A model generated the notes under the pieces. It saw only the letters and a program-made list of their open reading frames with translations, was not told the DNA's origin and ran no database searches. From positions 98,496 through 162,495 of the forward strand of contig CALFWB010000040.1 in NCBI GenBank assembly GCA_937928795.1: a stretch of 64,000 bases of DNA. Reading direction: 5' to 3'. This DNA is from an uncultured Anaerolineales bacterium (lineage in GTDB: Bacteria; Chloroflexota; Anaerolineae; Anaerolineales; UBA4823). Position 1 is the stretch's first letter. Each line of letters starts with the position of its first letter. Below, one piece after another: positions 1-10,449 of the stretch. The position numbers and the translations under genes were made by a program.

Positions 1-249
1 GGGTTGTTGTTCTGTTATCCGCGTGCTAGTCGCTTGGATACGGGGATTCACATGCTTGGAGTACCTTTCCCGTTAGGGGTGATCTGGCTTGACGAGAGGC
101 AGACGGTCATCGATAAAAGGATTGCGCGCCCTTGGCAAATTGCCCTCATCCCCAAGCAGGCTGCCTCCTACGTCATTGAATGCCATCCACAACGCCTGAA
201 TGATTTTTTTGAGGGTCAAAGAGTAGATTTTCTTGAAAGGTCAATCTAG
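1..249 (+). CDS. DUF192 family protein, 5'-truncated by the window edge
   Basis: Frame is open from base 1 (GLLFCYP...IHMLGVPFPLGVIWLD...YVIE), matching the DUF192 pattern of IHM-F/L-x-V-x-FPL and a C-terminal V-I/L-E. Confidence 0.75.
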   Translation, partial: GLLFCYPRASRLDTGIHMLGVPFPLGVIWLDERQTVIDKRIARPWQIALIPKQAASYVIECHPQRLNDFFEGQRVDFLERSI

Positions 250-252
250 GTC

Positions 253-1668
253 ATGGCTTGGAAATCAATCCGCCCTGTTCTTTTTGGTATCCTCCTATTG
301 CTTCCTTTGTTTTCAGTAAAGGCGCAAAGCCCATCGGGTGCTGCCACCTATGTTGTCCAAGCGGGTGACTCGCTCTGGAGCATTGCCCAGCGTTTTCGCG
401 TTTCGGTAACTGAGCTTGCCGCAGTCAACAATATCCAAGACCCGAACCAATTAATGGCTGGCATGGAATTGACTCTGCCGGGGTTGGAAGGATTTTCGGG
501 TCGTCTGACCAGCCTGCCTCTCTCGTATGGAGAGGACTTGCAATGGATTAGCCGTAAGTATCAAACCTCAATCGAAGCGTTGATGCGGTTAAACCACATG
601 GTCACTTGGAATGAATTCTACGCAGGCGCTTTTTTGGTGTTGCCTGAAGAAAGAGTTGCAGGCGATTCCTTGCCTTGCATGTCCCTTCCTGAAGAACTTT
701 CCCCTCTGGAAGTCGCTATCCTTGCCCAAGCCAATCCCTGGCAGATGGTGGCGCAGAATCAACTGACCCAAACCATCTATGTCCTTCCCGGCGAACCCTA
801 CCTTGGTTTCGCTGAAGCTCAGAGCGAGGTGGATCAAGAGCTGGTTTGCCCTTTTACGCAGGTCAACCTATCTCCAACGCGCTTTTTGCAAGGGAAAACT
901 GCTGTCATCCATCTCAAAGGAAAAGAAGAAAGGAACCTAAAAGCCAACTTCATGGACCGAACTGTCCCATTTATAGAAGAGAAATCTGGAGAATATGTTG
1001 CGTTGCTCGGTGTTCATGCCATGGCTGAACCCGGTTTGTATCCTTTGGAGATTCATCTCCTTGCGGAAGAGAGTAGGCAATATGCCTTTTCTCAAATGGT
1101 TAACGTTGGCAGGGTGGATTATCCTTATGACAACCCGCTTACGGTTGATCCGGAGACGATTGATCCTTCGGTAACCGAACCGGAAAATGAATTGTGGGCT
1201 TCGTACGCACAAGCATTTACCCCTCAGAAGTATTGGCAAGGTGAGTTTGTCTTCCCCTCTCCACTCTCCAAAGAGTATTGTTTGACTACCGGAGATTGTT
1301 GGTCTTCGCGCTTTGGGAATCGGCGCTCCTATAATGGCGGCACGTATGACTATTTTCATACGGGCTTAGATATTGTGGGCAAAGAAGGAGTGGAAATTTA
1401 TGCACCCGCGGATGGCATCGTTGTCTTTGCTGGATCGCTCACCGTGCGGGGCAATGCGACCATGATTGACCATGGCTGGGGCGTTTATACCGGTTACTAT
1501 CATCAAAAAGAAATTTATGTTCAAGTCGGCGATCGGGTCAAGGCGGGGCAATTGATCGGTTTGGTAGGGTCAACCGGCCGCTCTCAGGGCCCTCATCTTC
1601 ATTTTGAAGTTTGGGTCAATGGCGTGCAAGTCGATCCGCTGGATTGGCTCACTCAAGTGTTCCCTTGA
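253..1668 (+). CDS. Secreted LysM-domain / M23 family metallopeptidase
   Basis: N-terminal signal peptide, LysM repeats (YVVQAGDSLWSIAQRF), and M23 motifs HTGLD and HLHFEV. Confidence 0.9.
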   Translation: MAWKSIRPVLFGILLLLPLFSVKAQSPSGAATYVVQAGDSLWSIAQRFRVSVTELAAVNNIQDPNQLMAGMELTLPGLEGFSGRLTSLPLSYGEDLQWISRKYQTSIEALMRLNHMVTWNEFYAGAFLVLPEERVAGDSLPCMSLPEELSPLEVAILAQANPWQMVAQNQLTQTIYVLPGEPYLGFAEAQSEVDQELVCPFTQVNLSPTRFLQGKTAVIHLKGKEERNLKANFMDRTVPFIEEKSGEYVALLGVHAMAEPGLYPLEIHLLAEESRQYAFSQMVNVGRVDYPYDNPLTVDPETIDPSVTEPENELWASYAQAFTPQKYWQGEFVFPSPLSKEYCLTTGDCWSSRFGNRRSYNGGTYDYFHTGLDIVGKEGVEIYAPADGIVVFAGSLTVRGNATMIDHGWGVYTGYYHQKEIYVQVGDRVKAGQLIGLVGSTGRSQGPHLHFEVWVNGVQVDPLDWLTQVFP

Positions 1669-1988
1669 TCCTTAGGGAATTCTTCGTCATCGGGTTCTGG
1701 TATCTGGTTTGCTTCTAGCTCTGAAAGGATGGCATCCAGCAATTCTTTGGCTCTGGAATAATCTTTTTGAGAGACAATAATCTCGCTCTCAGACAGTTTG
1801 CCGATATTCACCGGGTAGATGTGTTGTCCAACTGCTTCCTGAGAGAGGTAAGCTGGAATGTGATTCTCTTGCAAGCTTTCTACAATAAAATTGCATAGAA
1901 TGGGATTATTCGAACGATACAGAACAACCCCTTCAGATTGGCGTAAGAGTTTTTTAAGAAATTCAAGAAGGCGGGACGATTGAGTCAT
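1653..1988 (-). CDS. DUF2007-like small protein (putative signal-transducing family)
   Basis: 111 aa with a LQENHIPAYL...IIVSQKDYSRAKELL pattern and an acidic tail. TATACT lies 6 nt before the ATG. Confidence 0.6.
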   Translation of the reverse strand: MTQSSRLLEFLKKLLRQSEGVVLYRSNNPILCNFIVESLQENHIPAYLSQEAVGQHIYPVNIGKLSESEIIVSQKDYSRAKELLDAILSELEANQIPEPDDEEFPKDQGNT

Positions 1989-2064
1989 GGATAGAGTATA
2001 ATTAACTTTTGGAAAAACTGAAAGGCTTTTGACAAACTGAGTTGAACAATAAGGCGAGTTAGAG

Positions 2065-3648
2065 ATGGTTATTGCGTCAACAACCCTAAAAGAGGATTAT
2101 TGGGAACTCTTTGAACTGCGCGATCAGGATATTGAGTATTTATACAATTACCTGTTGGAAAACGAGACTCCGTTAACTTCTGCGGAGTTGTTGGCGGAGT
2201 TAGTTGAAGAACGCATTCGACAAGCGAAGACCGCGCAGGAGCTAGAACGCAGTCAAGGCTGTGAACTCTATCTGCCGAAAGAGCGCTATCAAGCCGGGCA
2301 GGAATTAGTCTTTCCGGCTCTGAGTTGGCGCAAGGGCAAGGTGATCGCTGTCCGCCCCGGACGTAATCCGGATCTAGGTCCATTTGAGGTCATTAAAGTC
2401 CAGTTTAGTCAAGGGGAGATTCGAGAGTTTGCGGCTGGCTTGCAGAATCATATCCTCAATCAGCCACAAGAGATCAAAGAGGATGAAGCGCAGTTTGACA
2501 AGCAAGCTATTCTAGCAACCTATGGCGATCTCCTCCAGCGGCGTCTTGAAGAAGGCTTGCGCGATCATTCGGATTTTGTCCAAATTGCTGGCAAGTGGTT
2601 TCCCCGCGCTCTTTTGGTGGACATTAACGTCGGTCACTTGAATTTGGCAGAGGCCGTTCTGGATATGGCGGGAGGTGGCCCGTTGCCAACCGTCAAATTA
2701 TTGGAACAAATCGAACTGCAGAGTAACGTGAATCCGAAGTTGCTTGAGTTTTCGATGGACTATGCCCTTCAAGAAGATGCACGTTTTGATGAGGTTGGGG
2801 CTGCAGGAGAAGTTTTATGGTTTCTAAAACGATTAGAACCGCCCGCTGTGTTGGAACCACCGTTGCATCTGCAGTATCATCCAATCGAAGAAGATCGTTC
2901 CCTGTTTACCGAAGAGATGCTGCGCTTAGAAGCCAGCTTGCAGGATGAATTGTCTCCTCCTCCGCAACGGGTTATGAAGGTCGATGAGACCCAAGTTTGC
3001 TTGATATATCCCCATTGGCGAGAAGGGACCTTGCCGTTGTCGGCCCAGACGCGTCTTCTCTTCCCGACCGCTTATGAAGCGCCGCGCATTCGGTTTACAA
3101 TTGTGGATGGAGAAACCAACGAGCGCTTTCCAGCGTGGGTTGTGCGCACTCATGGTTATGTTTATGGGCTTAAGGATTGGTATGAGAAGCGCGGCTTAAT
3201 ACCCGGCAGTTACGTCAAAATCCAACGCAGCAAGAAAGCCGGCGAGGTCATTCTTACCCGCCTAGCCCGACGCCCCGGTCGAGAATGGGTCAGGACGGTG
3301 TTGGTTGGCTCGGATGGCGGAATTGTCTTCGCAATGTTAAAACATAATGTGTCGGCGCAGTTTGATGAACGGATGGCTATCATGGTGCCAGATGTTGAAG
3401 GCGTTGACCAAGCTTGGGAAAAGACTCTAAAAGAGAGGATACCTTTTGAGAAAACGGTTGTCAGCATGTTGCGAGAATTGTCCAAGCTAAATCCGCAAGG
3501 GCATGCTCACGCCAGCGAGTTATATGCTGCAGTGAATCTCCTGCGGCGCTGTCCACCAGGGCCGCTGCTTTCCCTGTTAAATTCGCGTCCGTGGTTTGTC
3601 CATGTTGGCGATCAACATTATCGTTATACGGAAGGCGAAGAGCATTAA
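2065..3648 (+). CDS. Hypothetical protein, 527 aa, with probable winged-helix and beta-barrel nucleic-acid-binding modules
   Basis: Long ORF with normal composition. Module assignments are by-eye inference. Confidence 0.7.
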   Translation: MVIASTTLKEDYWELFELRDQDIEYLYNYLLENETPLTSAELLAELVEERIRQAKTAQELERSQGCELYLPKERYQAGQELVFPALSWRKGKVIAVRPGRNPDLGPFEVIKVQFSQGEIREFAAGLQNHILNQPQEIKEDEAQFDKQAILATYGDLLQRRLEEGLRDHSDFVQIAGKWFPRALLVDINVGHLNLAEAVLDMAGGGPLPTVKLLEQIELQSNVNPKLLEFSMDYALQEDARFDEVGAAGEVLWFLKRLEPPAVLEPPLHLQYHPIEEDRSLFTEEMLRLEASLQDELSPPPQRVMKVDETQVCLIYPHWREGTLPLSAQTRLLFPTAYEAPRIRFTIVDGETNERFPAWVVRTHGYVYGLKDWYEKRGLIPGSYVKIQRSKKAGEVILTRLARRPGREWVRTVLVGSDGGIVFAMLKHNVSAQFDERMAIMVPDVEGVDQAWEKTLKERIPFEKTVVSMLRELSKLNPQGHAHASELYAAVNLLRRCPPGPLLSLLNSRPWFVHVGDQHYRYTEGEEH

Positions 3649-3665
3649 AGTAGCGAGGAGGTAAA

Positions 3666-4103
3666 TTGGCCGAATTAAAACGTCCGCTAATCTCCAAACC
3701 GACCCTTCACACGCGCTTTCATATTGACTACGAATGGTGGCGGCAAAATGACCGCGACTGGCAAGTTTACCTTTATAATATTCTTTGTCCAGAACATCGA
3801 GAATTTTTTGGCGAAGGGGTAGCGGATGACATGCTGGATTGGGTTGACCCGCAGACTGCGGAAGTACAGCCTGTCAATGGTTTACAACATGTCTTGATCG
3901 AGCATTGTGCGAAGCGACCCGAGTTTTTAGCCCCCGGCACCCCTTTGGTAGATTTGATCTTTCGTGTGTTTTTGGCAAATGGGAATACCCCCCTCAGCCC
4001 ACTTGAATTGAGTGAGCGGTTAGGGAGGCCTGCCCAAACGATTTTAAGTGTCTTATCAGGCAGCCGTGTCTATCGCGGCTTGCGACCCGTAGCAGAAACT
4101 TAA
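3666..4103 (+). CDS. Hypothetical protein with C-terminal winged HTH-like segment
   Basis: SD-like GAGGAGG before a TTG start. C-terminus LIFRVFLANGNTPLSPLELSERLGRPAQTILSVL is HTH-like. Confidence 0.7.
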   Translation: MAELKRPLISKPTLHTRFHIDYEWWRQNDRDWQVYLYNILCPEHREFFGEGVADDMLDWVDPQTAEVQPVNGLQHVLIEHCAKRPEFLAPGTPLVDLIFRVFLANGNTPLSPLELSERLGRPAQTILSVLSGSRVYRGLRPVAET

Positions 4104-4104
4104 C

Positions 4105-4177
4105 GCCCCAGTAGCTCAATGGACAGAGCAGTAGCCTTCTAAGCTAACGGTTGTGGGTTCGAATCCCGCCTGGGGCG
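4105..4177 (+). tRNA. tRNA-Arg (anticodon TCT), CCA not encoded
   Basis: Acceptor stem GCCCCAG/CTGGGGC, D-arm AGCTCAATGGACAGAGC, anticodon loop CTTCTAA, T-loop GTTCGAATC. Confidence 0.95.
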
Positions 4178-4233
4178 CTGGTAGCAAGCACAGTGCTTGC
4201 TAAACGTTTCAAAATCTTATTGTTATTGAAGGA

Positions 4234-4770
4234 ATGGTTAAGATGACTACCGAAAGAAAGGGCCTACTTAAATTTCAAGACGTTGATGTAACTGTGGTTG
4301 GGGATGATCTCAAAGTTGGCGATCAGGCGCCTGATTTTATTGTCCATACTATGGATTGGAAACTCTGGCATGGCATCGAGGACACGCAAGGGAAGGTGCG
4401 GATTATTGGTTCGCTACCGAGCTTGAATACCCCGGTTTGCGACCGAGAAACTCGCCGCTTTAACGAGGAAGCCAGCAAATTGGGGGATGAGGTTGTGATT
4501 GAAATGATCAGCATGGATTTGCCTTTTACCCTCAAGAATTGGTGCGGCGCAGCCGGCGTTGAACGAGTTCTGGCGTTGTCCGATCACCTAGCGGCAGAGT
4601 TCGGTGAAAAATATGGGGTCTTAATCAAGGAGTTGCGCATCTTGCGTCGTGCAATTTTTGTGGTTGATCGCAAGGGTTTCTTAACGTATGTTGCTTACAT
4701 GCCTGCTTTAGGTGATGAGCCAGATTATGAAGCTGTGTTAGCTCACGCAAGAGCTGCGCTTGGCAGTTAG
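4234..4770 (+). CDS. tpx: Thiol peroxidase (atypical 2-Cys peroxiredoxin)
   Basis: PSLNTPVCDRETRRF peroxidatic motif, ISMDLPF, resolving Cys in WCGA, and RAIFVVD. Confidence 0.9.
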   Translation: MVKMTTERKGLLKFQDVDVTVVGDDLKVGDQAPDFIVHTMDWKLWHGIEDTQGKVRIIGSLPSLNTPVCDRETRRFNEEASKLGDEVVIEMISMDLPFTLKNWCGAAGVERVLALSDHLAAEFGEKYGVLIKELRILRRAIFVVDRKGFLTYVAYMPALGDEPDYEAVLAHARAALGS

Positions 4771-4802
4771 TTGCAACGGCTTAATCTTGTGGAGGGCGTT
4801 GG

Positions 4803-5228
4803 ATGTTGGAACTTTACCTAAAATCGAATCTCTCAAAGCCAGGTGTATATATTTTAGAAGGCTATCGACACTTGGGTGAAGGCTTTCCCCACTGGTATCT
4901 CACCGTGCGCCCGCACGTTTGGCGGCCACCTACAGATGTCTTTGAGACCGATGACGCCCTCATCGTGCGCTTGGAAGTTGCCGGGATGCGCGAAGACGAC
5001 TTCACCATCCTGTTAGATGGAAAGTATCTAACGGTGCAGGGTTCTCGGGTAGACACCCCGGAGCGTCGCGCTTACCATCAAATGGAGATTCGCTTTGGTG
5101 AATTTATCAGTGAAATCGAGTTGCCGTTTGCGATCGATGTTGAAAAGATCGAAGCCGTTTATCATGCGGGTTTTTTGCGCATCAAACTGCCCAAAAAAGC
5201 CCCTCAACATATTCCTATTCGGAAGTAA
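4803..5228 (+). CDS. Hsp20/alpha-crystallin small heat-shock protein
   Basis: PPTDVFETDD, EIRFGEF and AVYHAGFLRIKLPK motifs. Lies directly upstream of lon. Confidence 0.9.
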   Translation: MLELYLKSNLSKPGVYILEGYRHLGEGFPHWYLTVRPHVWRPPTDVFETDDALIVRLEVAGMREDDFTILLDGKYLTVQGSRVDTPERRAYHQMEIRFGEFISEIELPFAIDVEKIEAVYHAGFLRIKLPKKAPQHIPIRK

Positions 5229-5279
5229 GACGTCTCGATGATTTTCATGATTTGCGGAATAGTTTTGTAAAAGGAGCAC

Positions 5280-7934
5280 ATGTCTGCAACCCGTTGGTTA
5301 TCCGATATGATGGAACTTTTAGGATACTTCGATGCGGATGGAATGATGCTGAACGAGGTGATTTTGTCGTCCACTACCGAACCGACGCAAAGTCATGAGC
5401 CATCTGCCACCGAGGCGGTTAGCGAAGAGTCGAAGCAAAAGGAAGATATCCCTGAAATTTTGCCGATTTTACCCTTAAGGGGTTTGGTTGTATATCCTCA
5501 AACCGTTGTGCCTCTTACGATCGGTCAACCGCGCTCCATCCGTTTGGTGGATGATGTGGTGACTTCTGAGCAACGCATTATTGGTTTGGTGGCATCCAAG
5601 AATCCCGAAATGGAGCAACCCAACCCACCCGATTTGTACGAGTATGGAACCGCAGCGGTTGTTCATCGTCTATTCCGAGCCCCAGATGGCACAGTTCGTC
5701 TTGTGGTTCAGGGGATTTCCCGCTTTCGCACGGTCGAATATACTCAAGAAGAGCCTTATCTCAAGGCGCGCATCGAACTTCGCCCCGAAACTGTCGAAGA
5801 GGGAACGGAGGTCGAGGCCTTGGCGCGCAATGCTCGCTCTCAGTTTGAGCACATTGCCGAGATGATCCCCTCTATACCGCGGGAGTTAGTTGCGGCTGTC
5901 TTGTCTCTTGAAGACCCGCTGCAAATCGTCTATACCGTGGCGAATTTCCAACGCATGGATCTGAGCGATGCCGAGGCGATCTTGGAGCTGGATTCTGTTT
6001 CGCAAAAGCTGCACAAATTGGTGGGAATCCTAGCCCGCGAGATCGAAGTCTTAGAAATTGGGCAAAAGATTCAAAACGAAGCTCGCTCAGAAATCGAAAA
6101 GGTGCAAAGAGAATATTTCCTGCGCGAACAGTTGAAAGCCATTCAAAAAGAGCTGGGCGAGGCAGACGAACAACAGCAAGAGGTGGAAGAGTTCCGCCAG
6201 AAAATCGAAGCAGCCAAGATGCCCGAAGAGGCTGAAAAGCAAGCGCGGCGCGAACTCGACCGATTGGCACGCCTACCTACGGCTGCCGCTGAATATGGGG
6301 TCATCCGCACCTATTTAGATTGGCTGGTTACGTTGCCGTGGTCTATGACTACGGAGGACAATTTGGATATTGCCCATGCGCGGCAGGTTCTTGATCAAGA
6401 CCACTATGGTTTGGAGGATATCAAGGAGCGCATTTTGGAATATCTGGCGGTGCGCAAGCGCCGCCTAGAACGCGCTGCCGAAGAGAGCGAAAGCGCAGAA
6501 GACGACCAAATTCGCCGTGTGCGCGAAGGCGCTATCCTCTGTTTTGTCGGGCCGCCCGGCGTTGGCAAAACATCGCTGGGACGATCCATCGCACGCGCCA
6601 TGGGCCGTAAATTTGTGCGCATTTCCCTAGGCGGCATGCGCGATGAAGCGGAAATTCGCGGTCATCGGCGGACTTATATCGGGGCAATGCCGGGACGAAT
6701 TATCCAGGCGTTGCGCCGTGTTGAGACGCGCAATCCGGTCTTTATGCTAGATGAGGTTGATAAACTGGTCTTCGACTTCCATGGCGATCCGGCTTCGGCG
6801 CTGCTTGAAGTGTTGGACCCGGAGCAAAATTATGAGTTTCGCGATCACTATTTGGAAGTGCCTTTTGACCTCTCGCAAGTTTTATTCATCACAACTGCAA
6901 ATACCCTAGAAACGATTCCGGGTCCCCTGCGCGATCGCATGGAAGTCATCCAACTCTCCGGCTATACCGACCGGGAGAAGATCGCCATTGCTCGCTACTA
7001 CCTGATCCCGCGCCAAATCAAGGAAAATGGCTTGCGTCCGGAAGAAGTATCCTTCACCGATGAAGCTCTCGAAAAGATCATCCGTTCCTATACGAGGGAA
7101 GCCGGTGTGCGCAATTTGGAGAGGGAAATCGGGGCGGTGTGTCGCAAGGTGGTCACGCGCATTGCGGAAGGCAAAGAGACCACAATCGAAGTCACTCCAG
7201 AGAGAGTGAAAGAATTTCTAGGACGGGAAAAATTCTTCGGTACGGAAGAGATCGCCGAACGAACGGCTATCCCCGGCGTGGCGACCGGACTTGCTTGGAC
7301 ACCGGTTGGAGGAGATGTCCTCTTCATTGAGGCGACTTCGATGCCCGGCTCAAAGGGTTTTCAACTGACCGGTTCCTTGGGCAATGTGATGCAAGAATCG
7401 GCTCGCGCAGCTTTGTCCTATGTGCGCTCGCGTGCCCAAGACCTTGGAATTGATCCGAAGATTTTTGAGAAGATCGACATTCACCTGCATATCCCCTCCG
7501 GCGCACAGCCCAAAGATGGACCGTCAGCAGGCGTTACCATAGCCACGGCGTTGGTATCTCTCCTCACCCATCGATCGGTGCGCCCAGATTTGGCGATGAC
7601 GGGGGAAATTACCCTGCGCGGTCAAGTCTTACCCGTAGGAGGTATCAAAGAGAAGGTTCTGGCTGCTCACCGCTCTTGCCTGACAACGGTTATCTTGCCT
7701 TCCAAAAACGAACCCGATTTAGACGATTTACCTGAAGAGGTGCGCAATACCATGCAGTTTATCTTTGTTGATACGGTTGATGACGTCCTGAGAGCTGCAC
7801 TAGGTTTGCCGATCGAAGAGCAGAAGCCGCAGGCAAGCAGTGATGGCAAGGACGAGCAACCTAAGACCAGAAAGACAACCCGCAAGGGAAAGGAAGCCAA
7901 AGAACATGTCGTCGCCCAAAGTCGTCCTGATTGA
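5280..7934 (+). CDS. lon: ATP-dependent Lon protease (LonA)
   Basis: Lon N-domain ([13 protein letters not shown]), Walker [22 protein letters not shown], catalytic Ser in PKDGPSAG, and Lys in GGIKEK. Confidence 0.97.
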   Translation: MSATRWLSDMMELLGYFDADGMMLNEVILSSTTEPTQSHEPSATEAVSEESKQKEDIPEILPILPLRGLVVYPQTVVPLTIGQPRSIRLVDDVVTSEQRIIGLVASKNPEMEQPNPPDLYEYGTAAVVHRLFRAPDGTVRLVVQGISRFRTVEYTQEEPYLKARIELRPETVEEGTEVEALARNARSQFEHIAEMIPSIPRELVAAVLSLEDPLQIVYTVANFQRMDLSDAEAILELDSVSQKLHKLVGILAREIEVLEIGQKIQNEARSEIEKVQREYFLREQLKAIQKELGEADEQQQEVEEFRQKIEAAKMPEEAEKQARRELDRLARLPTAAAEYGVIRTYLDWLVTLPWSMTTEDNLDIAHARQVLDQDHYGLEDIKERILEYLAVRKRRLERAAEESESAEDDQIRRVREGAILCFVGPPGVGKTSLGRSIARAMGRKFVRISLGGMRDEAEIRGHRRTYIGAMPGRIIQALRRVETRNPVFMLDEVDKLVFDFHGDPASALLEVLDPEQNYEFRDHYLEVPFDLSQVLFITTANTLETIPGPLRDRMEVIQLSGYTDREKIAIARYYLIPRQIKENGLRPEEVSFTDEALEKIIRSYTREAGVRNLEREIGAVCRKVVTRIAEGKETTIEVTPERVKEFLGREKFFGTEEIAERTAIPGVATGLAWTPVGGDVLFIEATSMPGSKGFQLTGSLGNVMQESARAALSYVRSRAQDLGIDPKIFEKIDIHLHIPSGAQPKDGPSAGVTIATALVSLLTHRSVRPDLAMTGEITLRGQVLPVGGIKEKVLAAHRSCLTTVILPSKNEPDLDDLPEEVRNTMQFIFVDTVDDVLRAALGLPIEEQKPQASSDGKDEQPKTRKTTRKGKEAKEHVVAQSRPD

Positions 7935-8274
7935 AGACGATGAAACCATGCGCACCCTGTTAGGTGAACTGTTGCGGATGGAAGGCTATCAAGTGGTGTC
8001 TTTGGGTTCGATTGAACCCGAAGAAGCCGTCTTGACTCAATTGATCGATCAACAACCCGACGTGGTCTTCCTCGATGTGAATATGCATGGGCGCGATACG
8101 TTTGCTTTTTTGCGCAAATTGCGTTCGAAGAAAGAGGGCATCCGCGTGTTAATGTCATCCGGTATGCCACTGGAAACCGAAAGCATCAATGTCGGAGCAG
8201 ATGGCTTTTTGATGAAGCCCTTCATGCCCAATGAGTTATTAACAAAACTCCATCATCTACTAGGAAGCGCTTAA
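7906..8274 (+). CDS. Single-domain response regulator (receiver only)
   Basis: Start reassigned to ATG 7906 ([12 protein letters not shown]). Phosphoacceptor Asp in VFLDVNM and Lys in MKPF. Confidence 0.85.
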   Translation: MSSPKVVLIEDDETMRTLLGELLRMEGYQVVSLGSIEPEEAVLTQLIDQQPDVVFLDVNMHGRDTFAFLRKLRSKKEGIRVLMSSGMPLETESINVGADGFLMKPFMPNELLTKLHHLLGSA

Positions 8275-8279
8275 GCCCC

Positions 8280-10022
8280 GTGGTCAAGAAACGCCCTCGC
8301 GCCGCCATGCAGTGGCATACCGTGGATTTACATTTGCATACGCCGGCTTCAAGTGACTACCAGCAAATGGAAGTCACTTTTTTGGAGATTCTGCAGCGCG
8401 CCGAAGCGCGTGGCTTGGAGATCATCGCCATTACCGATCACAATACCGTGGCGGGGTATCGGCGGATTGAGGAGGAGATCGAGCAACTTGAGCTGTTAGA
8501 GAGATTAAACCGCTTGTTGCCTGAAGAGCAAGGACGCCTTGCCGAGTATCGGCGGCTCAAAGAGAAAATTCTTATCTTACCCGGTTTTGAGTTTACAGCT
8601 ACGTTTGGATTTCATATTTTAGCCATCTTCTCACCGCAAAAGACAAGTCGTGAGATTGAACACTTACTCCTTGACTTGCGCATTCCCCCAGATCAATTGG
8701 ATGCCGGTTCTGCAACGGTTGGGGCAACAACCGACGTTTTGACAGCTTATCGCCTAATCCGTCAGGCAGGCGGAATTGTGATTGCAGCCCATGCCAACTC
8801 GAGCAATGGGGTTGCCATGCGCGGCTTTCCCCTCGGTGGCCAAACCAAAATTGCCTACACCCAAGATGAAAACCTCCATGCTTTGGAGGTCACTGATTTG
8901 GAGAATAAGAGCCGTAACTCGACTGCTGCGTTTTTCAATGGCAGCAAGCCCGAATATCCGCGCAGAATGCATTGCATCCAAGGTTCAGATGCCCATCGCC
9001 TGACCATGGACCCCCTGAAAAAAAAGCACCTTGGGGTGGGTGACCGTCCAACCGAGGTCCTTTTGCCGGAGGTTAGCTTTGAGGCTCTTAAGGAATTGTT
9101 TGAAAGCAAAGATTTTACCCGCACTCGGCCGCGCCGTATTGCCGAGGAGCCGGTTTTTGATTTGATCCGCAGCCTGCAGGAAGAGGGCCCCAATATCATT
9201 CAGGATTTTTATGAAACTTTTGAGACGCGCGGTGGAAAACTCAATAGCATCCTAGCAGATGTTTGTGCTTTTGCCAATACCAACGGCGGCACTCTCTACC
9301 TCGGTGTCGGACGCGATGTTCGCAAACCTATTGTGGGGATTGCCGATAGCGAGGCGGTGATGCAGATTCTGGAGCGTGAGATCGGGAAGCGAATCAATCC
9401 GCCGCTGCAATTTACCTTGGATACAATCGAAAGTGCGGGTAAAAAGATTGTGCGCGTGTTTGTGCCGCGCGGCGACGACCCTCCCTATGCGCTGGATGAG
9501 AATAAAATCTATGTTCGCTTTGAGGGGGAAACCGGTTTAGCCGTGCGTGATGAGATTGTCAATTTGGTCAAAAGGAGTTTGCAACCCTCATTGAGCTCTA
9601 CCACCTCTTCATCCCCAACAGCCGAACAAATTGAAGAGGATTGGGAGAGGCCTAAGCCGCCCAGCGAAGAGGAGTCCCCTCCCCGCACCGGCGTAGAAGT
9701 GGTTTCTATGAGCGAACGGGGTGGACAACGCGTGTATACCTTGCGGGATTTGAGAAACGGCAATGTTGTCCAGAATGTCACCTCGAAATCTGCAAGGCGG
9801 CTGTGGCAGTATGCCATTGAAAGGTATTCGCAACTTCCGGATGACCCGAGTCAGATTGAGTGGGTCGGTAATTTGGGGTTGCTTTCAAAGCGCGGCCGGC
9901 GCGGCCAACTCCGCTACGACCTCGTTTCTCGATCCGCGGAAGGTTATCGCTGGTTCTTTGGCGTGACCGAGGATGGAATTCACGGCAAATGGCGCCGCTT
10001 GGTGGGGCAAGAAGATGAATGA
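8280..10022 (+). CDS. PHP metallo-phosphoesterase fused to a Schlafen/AlbA_2-like domain and an uncharacterised C-terminal domain
   Basis: PHP motifs DLHLHT, TDHN, EFT..FHIL, AAHAN and GSDAH. AlbA_2-like [17 protein letters not shown]...PPY...IYVRFEGET. Confidence 0.85.
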   Translation: MVKKRPRAAMQWHTVDLHLHTPASSDYQQMEVTFLEILQRAEARGLEIIAITDHNTVAGYRRIEEEIEQLELLERLNRLLPEEQGRLAEYRRLKEKILILPGFEFTATFGFHILAIFSPQKTSREIEHLLLDLRIPPDQLDAGSATVGATTDVLTAYRLIRQAGGIVIAAHANSSNGVAMRGFPLGGQTKIAYTQDENLHALEVTDLENKSRNSTAAFFNGSKPEYPRRMHCIQGSDAHRLTMDPLKKKHLGVGDRPTEVLLPEVSFEALKELFESKDFTRTRPRRIAEEPVFDLIRSLQEEGPNIIQDFYETFETRGGKLNSILADVCAFANTNGGTLYLGVGRDVRKPIVGIADSEAVMQILEREIGKRINPPLQFTLDTIESAGKKIVRVFVPRGDDPPYALDENKIYVRFEGETGLAVRDEIVNLVKRSLQPSLSSTTSSSPTAEQIEEDWERPKPPSEEESPPRTGVEVVSMSERGGQRVYTLRDLRNGNVVQNVTSKSARRLWQYAIERYSQLPDDPSQIEWVGNLGLLSKRGRRGQLRYDLVSRSAEGYRWFFGVTEDGIHGKWRRLVGQEDE

Positions 10023-10449
10023 GGTGGATTTTTCGATCCGCACTTTTGCATTCCCGCAAGACTTTGAAGCCGTCCTCGAACTCTGGAGGAACGCCGGAGA
10101 GGGAATTCATCTTGGTCAGTCGGATACTTATGATGAAATTGCCAAGAAGCTTGCCCGAGACCCGCAATTGACCTTAGTGGCGGAGAAAAAGGGGCGCATC
10201 GTCGGGGCAGTCATGGGAGGCTTTGATGGGCGAAGGGGCTTGGTCTATCATTTAGCCACCCACCCCTCGCAACGAAGGCGGGGCATTGCCGGCGCCTTAA
10301 TGGACGAACTGGAAAAGCGCTTTAGGGAGATCGGTTGTCGGCGCGTTTACTTATTGGTCACCCCTGAAAACACAACTGCCCAGCGTTTCTACGAGAAGCG
10401 CGGTTGGCAACGCATGGAGATCTTAACCTATGCAAAAAATCTTGAATGA
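10015..10449 (+). CDS. GNAT family N-acetyltransferase
   Basis: Start reassigned to ATG 10015, overlapping the upstream stop. Acetyl-CoA motifs QRRRGIAGAL and AQRFYEKRGW. Confidence 0.88.
   Translation: MNEVDFSIRTFAFPQDFEAVLELWRNAGEGIHLGQSDTYDEIAKKLARDPQLTLVAEKKGRIVGAVMGGFDGRRGLVYHLATHPSQRRRGIAGALMDELEKRFREIGCRRVYLLVTPENTTAQRFYEKRGWQRMEILTYAKNLE

Noticed and set aside
4105-4233. tRNA-Arg as an integration site for a genomic island
   Set aside because: No integrase, no duplicated tRNA 3' end, and the flanking genes are housekeeping. The same holds for tRNA-Val at 46651.
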